Position numbers and translations under genes: made by a program. DNA of 64,000 nt from Spirochaetes bacterium ADurb.Bin218 (GTDB lineage Bacteria > Spirochaetota > UBA4802 > UBA5550), in NCBI GenBank assembly GCA_002069965.1, contig MWCI01000010.1:4144-68143 (forward strand), read 5' to 3'. Position 1 is the stretch's first letter; each line of letters begins with the position of its first letter. Below the pieces are notes generated by a model that saw nothing but the letters and a program-made list of their open reading frames with translations, searched no databases and had not been told where the DNA came from. Of the stretch, positions 37,638 to 47,406 are shown one piece after another.

Positions 37638-39167
37638 TTATCTTGCATAATCTATTATTCTTGTTTCTCTGATAACAGTAACACGGACAATTCCCGGATA
37701 CTTCAATTCTGATTCTATTCTCTGTGCAATTTCCCTTGCCATAGCCTCTGCTTTTTCATCTGATACAGCAGAATTATCAACCATAACTCTCAATTCTCTT
37801 CCTGCCTGAATAGCAAAGGTTTTTTCCACTCCCTTAAACTCAGAGGCAATTTTTTCAAGATTCTCAAGCCTCTTTAAATATGTATCAAGAGACTCTCTCC
37901 TTGCACCAGGTCGTGAGGCAGATATAGCATCAGCAACCTGAACAATCACAGCCTCAAAGGACTCAGGCTCTCTGTCATTATGGTGAGAGGCAATAATATT
38001 GACACATTTTTCTGATTCACCAAATTTCTTTGCCATCTCAGCTCCAACAATTGCATGAGCACCTTCTCCCTCGACAATACTACCCTTTCCTATATCGTGA
38101 AGTAGCCCTGCTCTTTTTGCAAGCTGAACGTCAAGCCCAAGCTCTCCTGCAATCATACCAGCAAGATTGGCAACCTCAATACTATGGGCAAGGACATCCT
38201 GACCATAACTTGTTCTAAACTTAAGCTTACCTATATTATAAAGAGCTTCTCTGGAAAGTCCTGGTATCCCCAGATTATAAGCAGCTCTTTCACCCTCTTC
38301 AAGCATTGTCTCCTCGATCTCCTTTGTGATCTTTTCTACAACCTCTTCAATTCTTGCGGGGTGAATTCTTCCATTCTGAATGAGTCTCTCAAGAGAAAGT
38401 CTTGCTATTTCTCTCCTCACTGGATCAAAACCAGAAATAACAACCACCTCTGGAGTATCATCAATAATCATATCAACACCAGTCAAATTTTCCAGTGTCC
38501 TGATATTTCGACCTTCACGACCTATAATCCTACCCTTCATTTCATCTGAAGGCAGAGATACAGTTGTAACCGTGTTTTCTGAGGTATACTCAGAGGCATT
38601 TCTCTGAATAGCTGAAACAATAATCTCCTTAGCCTTTTTATCAGCTGTTCGCCTTGCTTCTTCCTCAATTTTGTTGATGAGTCTTGCTATTTCAAATCTT
38701 GTCTCATTTTCAACCTTCTTGAGTAAAAGCTCCTTAGCCTCTTCGGAGTTCATCCCAGCAATTTTTTCCAGTTCAATTCTGTGCTTTTCAAACTCTTTTT
38801 TAAGTTCTTCTTCTTTTTCCTTAGTTTCCTGTTCCCTGATTTCCAGAGCCTTTTCCAGCTTTTGAATTTCAGCAAGTCTGCTATCTATTGTTTCCTCTTT
38901 CTGAATAAGCCTTTTTTCTATTGACAGAAGCTCCTGCCGCCTCTCTCGCATTTCCTTTTCCAGAAGATTCTTCTCTTTAAGCAGCTGATCCTTGGCTTCA
39001 AGGAGTAATTCCTTTCGTTTATTCTCAGCTTCTTTAAGTGCATCTTGGACAATCCTGTGAGATCTGGCTTCAGCCGAATTAAGTTTAATCCTACCCAGAT
39101 ATGCCCTAAGTGCATACCCAAGAAATCCGGTGACAGGGAGAGCTAATATTAAGAAAATAGTAAGCAT
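37638..39167 (-). CDS. rny: Ribonuclease Y
   Basis: N-terminal TM anchor, Glu/Lys coiled coil, KH motif [17 protein letters not shown] motif LLHDIGK. 509 aa. Confidence 0.95.
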   Translation of the reverse strand: MLTIFLILALPVTGFLGYALRAYLGRIKLNSAEARSHRIVQDALKEAENKRKELLLEAKDQLLKEKNLLEKEMRERRQELLSIEKRLIQKEETIDSRLAEIQKLEKALEIREQETKEKEEELKKEFEKHRIELEKIAGMNSEEAKELLLKKVENETRFEIARLINKIEEEARRTADKKAKEIIVSAIQRNASEYTSENTVTTVSLPSDEMKGRIIGREGRNIRTLENLTGVDMIIDDTPEVVVISGFDPVRREIARLSLERLIQNGRIHPARIEEVVEKITKEIEETMLEEGERAAYNLGIPGLSREALYNIGKLKFRTSYGQDVLAHSIEVANLAGMIAGELGLDVQLAKRAGLLHDIGKGSIVEGEGAHAIVGAEMAKKFGESEKCVNIIASHHNDREPESFEAVIVQVADAISASRPGARRESLDTYLKRLENLEKIASEFKGVEKTFAIQAGRELRVMVDNSAVSDEKAEAMAREIAQRIESELKYPGIVRVTVIRETRIIDYAR

Positions 39168-39249
39168 CTAAAACCTCCCTTACCAATTAATTTCAAATTC
39201 AATGGGTTTCCCCTTAAGCACAGAACACTATATAAATTCTGTGCACTTT

Positions 39250-39729
39250 TTAGGAGATTTTAGCGCGGATTTTATCTGCTACATATGGAGGAACAAGTGT
39301 GGAAATATCGCCTTTATACATTGCAACCTCTTTTACCAGGCTCGAGGATACAAATAAGTTCTCATCCCTTGCCATCAAAAAGATAGTTTCTATATCCGAT
39401 GCAAGCCTTCTGTTGATTGATGCAAGTGTAATTTCGTATTCAAAATCACTTACAGCTCTTAATCCCCTTATTATAAAGGAGATATTATTCTCCTTACAAT
39501 AATCAACAAGGAGCCCGTCAAAGGATATTATTTCAATATTTTTGTCACACTCACTGCAACAGTGCCTGAGTATATCTATCCTTTCCTCTAAATCAAAGAG
39601 GTATTTCTTTGCACTATTGACAAGAATTCCAACAATTAACTTGTCACATATTTTAGTTGCTCTCTCGATTACATCGAGATGCCCATATGTTAAAGGATCA
39701 AAAGATCCAGGATAAATTCCAATCCGCAT
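39250..39729 (-). CDS. coaD: Phosphopantetheine adenylyltransferase
   Basis: YPGSFDPLTYGHLD (nucleotidyltransferase HxGH) motif. 159 aa. Confidence 0.95.
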   Translation of the reverse strand: MRIGIYPGSFDPLTYGHLDVIERATKICDKLIVGILVNSAKKYLFDLEERIDILRHCCSECDKNIEIISFDGLLVDYCKENNISFIIRGLRAVSDFEYEITLASINRRLASDIETIFLMARDENLFVSSSLVKEVAMYKGDISTLVPPYVADKIRAKIS

Positions 39730-39756
39730 AAATCTCCAAAATTAAATAGTATGTAA

Positions 39757-39785
39757 ATAATAATATTTAATTATTATTCTGTCAA
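39757..39785 (-). promoter_or_regulatory. Sigma70-type promoter for coaD
   Basis: On the minus strand: TTGACA (39785-39780), 17-nt spacer, TATTAT (39762-39757). Confidence 0.5.
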
Positions 39786-39829
39786 GAAATAATAAAACAA
39801 TGTTACAAAAACTGTAATAAAGTTTCGCT

Positions 39830-40579
39830 TTATTTTTTAAATAAATCCTCAACATCTTCTCTGGAGGCGCCACTCACATAGTCACCATCGCTTGTAACAA
39901 AAAATGGCACAGCATCTATAGCAAGGCTATCAGCCAAAGTCTCTGCTTTTTCCAGAATCTCATACCCCTTTTGACATTTATAAAGAGGCAAAACCTCAGC
40001 TTGTTTCCAATCATCCTTACTATAGGCTGCAAAATCAAAGGATGAATCCTTTAAATTTCTACAAATCGCCTCTACTGACTTTTCTCTGCCCTTTTCTCCA
40101 TGAACAGAAAAAATTATTACCTTAAGGACAAAGCCATATTTTTCTGAAAGATTAAAAATGTCCTTACCTATTCTATTGCAATAAGGACAAAGGGGATCTG
40201 TAAACATATATAGAATTTTCTTTGTTTTAATTTTTTTAGGCTTCCACACAAAGGAAACACAATCATCAATAGCCCTGATCTCAGACACAAGCCTCTGTTT
40301 GTTTACATTATACATTGCTTCTGCAGTGATATTTGTTCCCTTTTGATACATTTCTCCTGTTATGAGAAAATTTTTATTACCATAAAATGGTATTATCTTA
40401 TTATCTGTTTTTATAATAACCTCACAAAGTCCATTGACAGCTCTTTTTGAGATTACAGAAAAATTTTCCAGTTCAAGGGTTGAAGATATGCTATTGCCAT
40501 CAATTTCATCACAGACATCTGCCAGAGCAAAAGTGAAAAAAGTAAAAATAAACATTATTATTGATAAAAAAATTTTCAT
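39830..40579 (-). CDS. Thioredoxin-fold thiol:disulfide interchange protein (DsbC/DsbG-like)
   Basis: CxxC motif DPLCPYCNR. Signal peptide MKIFLSIIMFIFTFFTFALA. I trimmed the start to 40579 (AGGGGA RBS); the 88-codon upstream extension in the track looks non-coding. Confidence 0.8.
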   Translation of the reverse strand: MKIFLSIIMFIFTFFTFALADVCDEIDGNSISSTLELENFSVISKRAVNGLCEVIIKTDNKIIPFYGNKNFLITGEMYQKGTNITAEAMYNVNKQRLVSEIRAIDDCVSFVWKPKKIKTKKILYMFTDPLCPYCNRIGKDIFNLSEKYGFVLKVIIFSVHGEKGREKSVEAICRNLKDSSFDFAAYSKDDWKQAEVLPLYKCQKGYEILEKAETLADSLAIDAVPFFVTSDGDYVSGASREDVEDLFKK

Positions 40580-40868
40580 TAAAATTCCCCTAAATTTGTA
40601 AAAATTACTACCAGCCTTAATTTTTAATAAGACCAACACTATTACAACTTGCCCTGCCTTTGCTTTAAAATACATAAAGAGCGTAAAATAATACTGCCCT
40701 TGAAATAAATCAAGAAATATAACAATATCCTCTAAAAAAGAAAAAGCTGAATAGCGGATAAATGAAAATACTTTTAGTGCAAGGTAATGGAATTTATTAC
40801 CCCCGAAACTAAATCTCGGGGGTATAAAGCATTGCTTGAGCAAAAAGGTTAATAGATAAATAATAATT

Positions 40869-41831
40869 TTACTCTGGTTTTTTCACATCAAACTTTTTAA
40901 TTGTCGGTTTGGCTGAATTTACATCGGGTTTTGCAGTATCAACATCTGGCTTATTTACCTGATTAACAGCTTCTTTTGCTTCATTCTTCTTTCCTTCTAT
41001 GTCGCCTTTAATCTGCTCTGACTGAATTTTAGTTGACTCTTTTAAAGCCTCCACATTGGCTTTATCCATAGCCTTTTGATCTTCTACTCTTTGTTTATTT
41101 ATATCCTTTTGTTCTATTACAGCCTTTCTTATTTCTTCTCTCTGCTCTTCAAACTTTCTTCTTATCTCTTCACGAATCTCTTTTATCTCATCTTTTATTC
41201 TGCGAATATTTTCAAGATTCTGAGCCTTCAACTCACTAACAGATATGGGCTTACCCTTTTCAAGAGATGCCTCCTTGCCAGCTTCAACTATTACAGCATC
41301 GCTTTCTGTTTTATCAGCCTCATGAACAGCAACAGCACCTTCTATACATGCTATTTTGCTCTTGCCCTCATTCTCCTCCACAAGAAACTCAGTTCCACGA
41401 ACACCAGCAACAGCAGTAGGAGTGGATACCTTAAATTTTTCACCCTCTGTTAGTTTACGTGAAACCTTAGAAAAAAGCTTACCCTTTTCAACGTAAAACT
41501 CGCTTAGCTCTTTATTTGTTTGTAATTCTTTAATGAGTTCCTTCATCACTACAGAGCTGTTTTCAAGAATTCTGATCACGCTGCCACTAAAATAAATATC
41601 TACCACAGAATTTTTTCCTGTCTTAACTACCATACCCTGAGTTATTGGATCCCCAGCCTGGGCTGCCTTTTGTTGGCCATCAGCAACTACAGAAACTTCA
41701 CCCACAACAAAATTTATTATACCGCTGTTTGCAGCTTTAGTTGGAGCCTCTTCCTTTTTACAGCTGGCTGCTACAAAAACAATTGCCACTGTTATTATTA
41801 TAGAAATAATTTTTTTCACAAATCCCTCCAT
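40869..41831 (-). CDS. FecR-domain lipoprotein with a Lys/Glu-rich coiled-coil C-terminus
   Basis: Lipobox AASC. FecR-like beta region (GIINFVVGEVSVV ... AVAGVRGTEFLV). The start may instead be the GTG at 41819, which follows a GGAGGG. Confidence 0.8.
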   Translation of the reverse strand: MEGFVKKIISIIITVAIVFVAASCKKEEAPTKAANSGIINFVVGEVSVVADGQQKAAQAGDPITQGMVVKTGKNSVVDIYFSGSVIRILENSSVVMKELIKELQTNKELSEFYVEKGKLFSKVSRKLTEGEKFKVSTPTAVAGVRGTEFLVEENEGKSKIACIEGAVAVHEADKTESDAVIVEAGKEASLEKGKPISVSELKAQNLENIRRIKDEIKEIREEIRRKFEEQREEIRKAVIEQKDINKQRVEDQKAMDKANVEALKESTKIQSEQIKGDIEGKKNEAKEAVNQVNKPDVDTAKPDVNSAKPTIKKFDVKKPE

Positions 41832-41918
41832 TAAAATACTTTTTTATTATATTCAAAACTCTTTTTTAAAACAATTAACAATATTAAATCCAAGAAATCA
41901 ACCAATTTTTATTCAAAT

Positions 41919-44048
41919 TTAAATTTCCCTGGAAGCATCAATATATCTTAAAACCTTTTCCATTAAAAGACCTTCCTCAATTGGCTTATTTATATAATCA
42001 GTGAACCCATATCTATGGAGTTCATCGGTTATGACAACATCTACATGTCCCGTGCTTGCAATAACAGGAACATTTTTATCTATATCTCTCAAAACTCTTA
42101 TAACCTCATAACCACTTAAATCTGGCATCTCAAGATCAAGAATCACAAAATCAAACTTCTCACTGCTATTACAAAAAATCTCAATGGCCTCATTGCCACT
42201 ATTTGCAATTATAGGTAAAATTCCATTTCTACGCAAAAGCTCACTTAGATGAAGAGTTATGAGACTATTGTCATCAACAATTAAAACCCTTTTACCATCT
42301 GGTATATAAGCCAAAGCTCTACTCCTTTCAGTAAAAAAACTAATACTATTTTGGGCGGATTCAAAAAGAAAATTTGAATCCTTTTTAAATGCAGAAATAT
42401 CTTGAAAAACAGCAATAACCCTCACTGGAGACAGATCGTGATCCCACTCAACAACGTCCCCTTTAGCTAAAAGCCAAACCCATGAACCGTCAAATCTCTT
42501 TAGCTTTAATTCGCAGCAAAAAGATCTCCCGCTTTTTATCCTCTCCTGTAGGCTAAGGTAAACCTCCTCTCTTAAAGATGGTTCAACCAATTCCATTAAC
42601 ATAGACCACTTCCCTGGAAAAATTGAAAACCTATATCCAAGCATAGAGATCAATCTTTTATTGGGTTTTATAATATCATCTCTAAGATTCCACTCGCAAA
42701 GCCCATCTCTCACCGAATCAAATATGAGCTCATATCGCAATGCTGTCTCTTTTTTATATCTTGCAAGCTCCTGAAATTCTGTTTTATCCTCTATATAACA
42801 TATATAGATTTTTTCTTCATGAAAACCAATGCTTTTTAAGGGAATAAACAAAAAGCTAAAAAAGGCCTCACCCCTACGGGAGGAATTTAAAAGACCTGAT
42901 TCCACAAGCTTATCAAAGCTATATAAAGCCTCAAAAGAAAAAGTTGACGTTCCTTTATATTTTTTGCAAAACCAATCTGAGGAATTGGGATCCTTAAGTA
43001 TATTAAAAATAACTTTCTCTGATTCAACACCCAGTAGCTTTCTGGCTGAAAAATTCATAAACACTACATTTCCACTGTGATCAAGCACAAGTATAGGGGT
43101 TATAGCTCTTTCAAAAATTCGTCTGTAAAGATTTTCTCTCTGAGAAATCTCCATTAAATTTTTTTCCAGAATAGAAATTCTCTCCATTAATGAGAGAGTT
43201 TCATCACTGACCCTTCTCCCAAGGACTATGTTATTTATAAACAAAAAAACAAAAAATAAAACAAGGGCAACAGTGCCTGTCTTTAAAGCAATTGCATAAT
43301 TCCCTGTTAGGGCTTTTTCATTATTTGGCAAAATCCATTTCATATAAAGTCTTTCGATTTTTTCTTTGCCATAAGTTCTTGTAAAATCTATCAAAGCCTG
43401 TTTTAACTGTTCATTATCATCTCTGACCAATAAACTATGAGATACAGCGACAGAAACATAATCAGAAAGAGTAAGCCCATATTTGGTGATTAAATCATCA
43501 GATACAAGATAGCTGGGAATCAATGCTGTATCATAAGCACGGTTATATATAAGGGAAAGGGCTGAGTCCACATCCTCAATAAAAATGACACTCTCGGGAT
43601 TGAATTTCCTGATTATGTCAGATAAGCATTCATAATGCAATCGATTTCCTGAAACAACAACTCTCTTATTATTGATATCCTCCAGAGAAAAAGATTTATT
43701 GTCCTTTGTTACAAATAGATACGGTATTTTGAAAAAATCCCTTACACTGTAGTATCCGTCAAAAGAAGTGCGATTTCTGCAGCTAAGAATTATATCAGGC
43801 TTTGCAGTGGTTATAAAATATGGAATTCTCTCCTCTGGTATAAAAATAATTTTATATTTAAGATTATTTATGGAAGAAAAATTCTCTATAAAATCTACCC
43901 ATAATCCTGCAGGAGAGGTTGAATTCATAAATAAACAGGGATAATTATCAGCAGAACCCACAATGGATAGATCACCAGCAAAAGCAAAGTGTGTAGCCCA
44001 AAAAACAATATTCCAGGCCATAATTTTAGCACAAATTTTACTTTTCAT
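41919..44048 (-). CDS. Membrane sensor: periplasmic solute-binding (PBPb/SBP_bac_3-like) domain - TM - two PAS-like regions - C-terminal receiver (REC) domain. No kinase or output domain seen.
   Basis: REC motifs LIVDDN, VILDLEMPDLSG and INKP. I can see no H-box or N/G1/G2 ATPase boxes and no HTH, GGDEF or HD domain. Confidence 0.8.
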   Translation of the reverse strand: MKSKICAKIMAWNIVFWATHFAFAGDLSIVGSADNYPCLFMNSTSPAGLWVDFIENFSSINNLKYKIIFIPEERIPYFITTAKPDIILSCRNRTSFDGYYSVRDFFKIPYLFVTKDNKSFSLEDINNKRVVVSGNRLHYECLSDIIRKFNPESVIFIEDVDSALSLIYNRAYDTALIPSYLVSDDLITKYGLTLSDYVSVAVSHSLLVRDDNEQLKQALIDFTRTYGKEKIERLYMKWILPNNEKALTGNYAIALKTGTVALVLFFVFLFINNIVLGRRVSDETLSLMERISILEKNLMEISQRENLYRRIFERAITPILVLDHSGNVVFMNFSARKLLGVESEKVIFNILKDPNSSDWFCKKYKGTSTFSFEALYSFDKLVESGLLNSSRRGEAFFSFLFIPLKSIGFHEEKIYICYIEDKTEFQELARYKKETALRYELIFDSVRDGLCEWNLRDDIIKPNKRLISMLGYRFSIFPGKWSMLMELVEPSLREEVYLSLQERIKSGRSFCCELKLKRFDGSWVWLLAKGDVVEWDHDLSPVRVIAVFQDISAFKKDSNFLFESAQNSISFFTERSRALAYIPDGKRVLIVDDNSLITLHLSELLRRNGILPIIANSGNEAIEIFCNSSEKFDFVILDLEMPDLSGYEVIRVLRDIDKNVPVIASTGHVDVVITDELHRYGFTDYINKPIEEGLLMEKVLRYIDASREI

Positions 44049-44215
44049 TTTAAATGCCGACTAATGCCATATCATAGATAAAAATAAACAGATTTCATGG
44101 CAACAATCAAGTTGAAATACCTATTTTTTAAAAAAAATTTCTCAAAATTGCTAAAATTTTTTTTAATTTTCACCACCTCCATCGTTTTTACTAAAAAAGC
44201 AAACCTGGAGGTTTT

Positions 44216-44560
44216 ATGAATAATTACGCAAATGCAACAATTGAAGGATTTGTAACAAAGGATCCAGAGCTTAAAAAGACAAAAACTGGCAAAAGCGTAT
44301 GCACCTTTTCTCTTGCCATAAACCACTACTCCAAAAATGAGAATGAACCGCCAAGGGTATCATTTATTGATGTAGAAACATGGGAAAAAATTGCTGAGCT
44401 ATGCCATAAAACGGTTACCAAAGGTAAAAGAGTAATGATCATGGGAAGTCTCAGGCAGGATCGCTGGGAGGATTCAAATGGTAAAATGCAATCAAGGCTA
44501 AAGATTATTGGCAACGAGATTCGCTTTCTTGAAAATCCCAAAAAAGGTGACCAAATTTAA
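44216..44560 (+). CDS. ssb: Short single-stranded DNA-binding protein (OB fold only, no acidic C-terminal tip)
   Basis: 114 aa. N-terminus NNYANATIEGFVTKDPELKKTKTGKSVCTFSLAIN is SSB-like. It ends ...ENPKKGDQI, with no Gly/Pro-rich linker and no D-D-D-I-P-F-type tail. GGAGG RBS. Confidence 0.8.
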   Translation: MNNYANATIEGFVTKDPELKKTKTGKSVCTFSLAINHYSKNENEPPRVSFIDVETWEKIAELCHKTVTKGKRVMIMGSLRQDRWEDSNGKMQSRLKIIGNEIRFLENPKKGDQI

Positions 44561-44571
44561 CACAGAAACAA

Positions 44572-44606
44572 AAATATACTCCTGATCTTTTGCCAGGAGT
44601 ATATTT
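44572..44606. terminator. Bidirectional terminator between convergent ssb and the CoA-transferase gene
   Basis: aaatatactcctg / caggagtatattt 13-bp stem with a 9-nt loop. A-run upstream and T-run downstream. Confidence 0.7.
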
Positions 44607-44627
44607 AAAATTAAAAATAATAAAAAT

Positions 44628-45995
44628 TTAAAAGGGAATCTTGTTTGTCCTTGTCCAGAGTTTCATATCCTCTGCTGATTTTATGAGCTCTTCTCTGAAC
44701 TGTTCATGGGCAAGGTTTATGAGACACTCAGCTCTGCCCCATACAGATCGAGCCTTCATATTGTAAATGCCGTTTTCTGTAACAAGATATTGAACCATTG
44801 TTCTTGGAACTGTGACAACAGAGCCTGGCTTAAGCAGAGGCTTGATCCTTGAATGCAGGTTACCCTGCTTATCTTTGTATGTTGATTTAAATGCAAGGAA
44901 ACTCTTACCACCCCTTGAATGAAAAGCACCTATGACAAAATCAAGCTGTCCACCTGTTCCAGAGATCTGGCGCAATCCAGATGTTTCAGAGCACACCTGA
45001 GATAGCAGATCCACTTCAACAATATTATTTATTGAAACTACTTTATCGTTTTGTGCAATAAAATCTGGATTATTTGTGTGATAGACCTTACAGGAAGCTG
45101 TCCGTGGATTATCATGCAAAAAATCATAAGTTTCTTTTGTGCCAAGGCAGAAGGAATATGTACTTTTATTTATATCAAAGGTCTTTCTGGCATTGGTAAT
45201 CTTCCCAGCCTCATACATTGTTACAAAGGCATCGCAAAACATTTCACTTTGAATTCCAAGATCCCTAACATCAGAATGGGCAATCATCTCCCCAATTGTA
45301 TTTGGCAGAGATCCTATTCCAAGCTGAAGGCATGAGCCATCTTCAATGTGAGGAACAATGTATTCGGCTATCTTTTTCTCCTCAGGAGAAGCCTCTGGCA
45401 TCTTTGGAGTTGAAAAAACTGGACTATTGCTCCCTTCAATTATATAGTCTATTTCACTTATATGGACATACTCATCATTGCCACCAAGACATCGTGGCAT
45501 ATTCTCATTCACCTCTACAATTTTTATATCAGCCCACAGAGCAAGTCCTCTGTTGTGAGAATTACCCAGTCCAAAGTTGAAACAGCCATTTCTGTCCATT
45601 GGAGTAACCTGTGCACACCAGATGGTAGGCTTAAGATGAATTAGATCTCTATGATGATATGCAAGCAAAGTTGCCTCGTGATAATTAAAAGGCAAATGGC
45701 AGGCAAGATTTTTATCCCCGGCCATTCTATCCAGAAGCGTAAAATACCAGCTAAAATACATAAAAGATTTTTGCTCTGGATCGTTTTGAATTACAGCTGG
45801 AAAAGGTGGAACTGTTCCTGTTCCTCTTATTGCAACATTTTTAACCTGACCCACTCTTTTGCTCAAAGCTATATCAAAGTCAACTGGTTTTGTAGCAAAC
45901 ATACCATAGTCGATTATATCATTTGACTTAACCAACTCAGCAGCTTTTTCAGCAGAGATAAGTTTACTCTTATACTCAGCAAGGTAAGTATTCAT
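44628..45995 (-). CDS. Acetyl-CoA hydrolase/transferase family protein (butyryl-CoA:acetate CoA-transferase-like)
   Basis: 455 aa. The N-terminus (YKSKLISAEKAAELVKSNDIIDYG) and the length match this family. GGGGGA RBS. Confidence 0.8.
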   Translation of the reverse strand: MNTYLAEYKSKLISAEKAAELVKSNDIIDYGMFATKPVDFDIALSKRVGQVKNVAIRGTGTVPPFPAVIQNDPEQKSFMYFSWYFTLLDRMAGDKNLACHLPFNYHEATLLAYHHRDLIHLKPTIWCAQVTPMDRNGCFNFGLGNSHNRGLALWADIKIVEVNENMPRCLGGNDEYVHISEIDYIIEGSNSPVFSTPKMPEASPEEKKIAEYIVPHIEDGSCLQLGIGSLPNTIGEMIAHSDVRDLGIQSEMFCDAFVTMYEAGKITNARKTFDINKSTYSFCLGTKETYDFLHDNPRTASCKVYHTNNPDFIAQNDKVVSINNIVEVDLLSQVCSETSGLRQISGTGGQLDFVIGAFHSRGGKSFLAFKSTYKDKQGNLHSRIKPLLKPGSVVTVPRTMVQYLVTENGIYNMKARSVWGRAECLINLAHEQFREELIKSAEDMKLWTRTNKIPF

Positions 45996-46103
45996 AGAAA
46001 GTCCCCCGTTTACTTTTTATATTTTATATTTTGTTACAAAATAAGGGTATTTTATCATATTTTGCAAGGAAAGAATGAGTTATTTGTATGTAATATTAAA
46101 TAT

Positions 46104-46138
46104 AAAAATACTGTAGTGGAAAATACTACAGTATTTTT
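46104..46138 (-). terminator. Rho-independent terminator after hisS
   Basis: aaaaatactgtagt / actacagtattttt 14-bp perfect stem with a 7-nt loop, 17 nt after the hisS stop. Confidence 0.65.
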
Positions 46139-46154
46139 ATATTGTAGTTGCAAT

Positions 46155-47402
46155 TTATTTATTATTTTTTATAAAGTCAGATAATTTTTCAAAGGGGACT
46201 TTCTCCTGCTGGCCTGTTTTTTGATCTTTAACAGTGGCCTCTCTGCTTTGCACCTCATCTTCACCTATGATTACTGCAAATCGTGCATTTTCCCTTTCTG
46301 CTCTTTTAAACTGAGACTTAAATCCCTTGACCTCTGGATCCACATCACAGGATATTCCAAGGAGTCTTAATTTACGAATAAGAGCCACAGACTCCATAAA
46401 AGACTGGCCTCCTGTATGGATAAAAAAAACATCAGTTCCCTTTGCATCAATAGGCCTGTCTTCTATTAAAAGATTTATCCTCTCAATACCTGCTGCAAAT
46501 CCAACTCCAGGAGTAGGCTTCCCGCCAAATTGCTCCACAAGATAATCATATCTTCCACCACCTGCAAAGGCATTCTGTCCACCAAGTTTATCTGTTACAA
46601 ACTCAAAAGTTGTCTTTGTGTAATAGTCAAGGCCCCGTACAAGATAGGGATCCTCTGTGTAGGCAATATTTCCCAGATCAAGGTATTCTTTGACCTTTTC
46701 AAAGTGCCCTTTGCAGTCATTGCATATAAAATCCCTTATCGCAGGAGCATTAACCTTTAAAGAAGAACAGCTTTCATTTTTACAATCAAGAAGGCGCAAT
46801 GGATTTGTTTCCAGTCTCCTCTGACAATCCTTGCAAAGCTTATCATGATTGCTTTTGTAATAATCCCTTAGCTTAATTATATATTCACTTCTACAGCTCC
46901 TACAGCCAATAGAGTTTATCAATATCTTAAAGGAATCAATGCCCACCTTGTGGGATATATCGTTCACCATGGAAATTATCTCATAGTCATAATATGGGTC
47001 AAAGCTTCCAAAAACCTCTGCTCCAAACTGATTAAACTGACGCAGTCTTCCCCTCTGAGGCTTTTCCGCTCTAAACATTGGCCCACAATAAAAAAACTTG
47101 CATATAGATAATCTATTATACTCACCATTTTCTACATAGGCTCTAACAACCCCTGCAGTGCCTTCTGGCCTTAAGGTTAAACTCCTGCCTCCTCTGTCCT
47201 CAAAGGTAAACATTTCCTTGGATACTATATCTGTCTCTGTTCCAATTCCTCTTGCAAAGACCTCTGTAAATTCCATCACAGGAACAATAATTTCTCTATA
47301 GTTATAACTTTGAAAAACACTAAAGGCACTCTGTAAAACAAAATTCCATCTGTCTATTTTATCAGGGAATATATCTTCCACTCCCGGTGGCTTTGAGATC
47401 AT
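46155..47402 (-). CDS. hisS: Histidyl-tRNA synthetase
   Basis: Class II motifs (LRPEGTAGVVR, GGGRYDYL). I trimmed the start to MISKPPG (47402), just after the upstream stop at 47407. Confidence 0.92.
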   Translation of the reverse strand: MISKPPGVEDIFPDKIDRWNFVLQSAFSVFQSYNYREIIVPVMEFTEVFARGIGTETDIVSKEMFTFEDRGGRSLTLRPEGTAGVVRAYVENGEYNRLSICKFFYCGPMFRAEKPQRGRLRQFNQFGAEVFGSFDPYYDYEIISMVNDISHKVGIDSFKILINSIGCRSCRSEYIIKLRDYYKSNHDKLCKDCQRRLETNPLRLLDCKNESCSSLKVNAPAIRDFICNDCKGHFEKVKEYLDLGNIAYTEDPYLVRGLDYYTKTTFEFVTDKLGGQNAFAGGGRYDYLVEQFGGKPTPGVGFAAGIERINLLIEDRPIDAKGTDVFFIHTGGQSFMESVALIRKLRLLGISCDVDPEVKGFKSQFKRAERENARFAVIIGEDEVQSREATVKDQKTGQQEKVPFEKLSDFIKNNK

Positions 47403-47406
47403 AAAA

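Noticed and set aside
40580-40843. 88-codon N-terminal extension of the DsbC-like ORF. There are similar extensions at 29365-29472, 47403-47465 and 2458-2520.
   Set aside because: The extensions lack RBSs, overlap upstream genes or promoters, and precede an internal Met that has a strong RBS and a proper signal peptide or conserved N-terminus.
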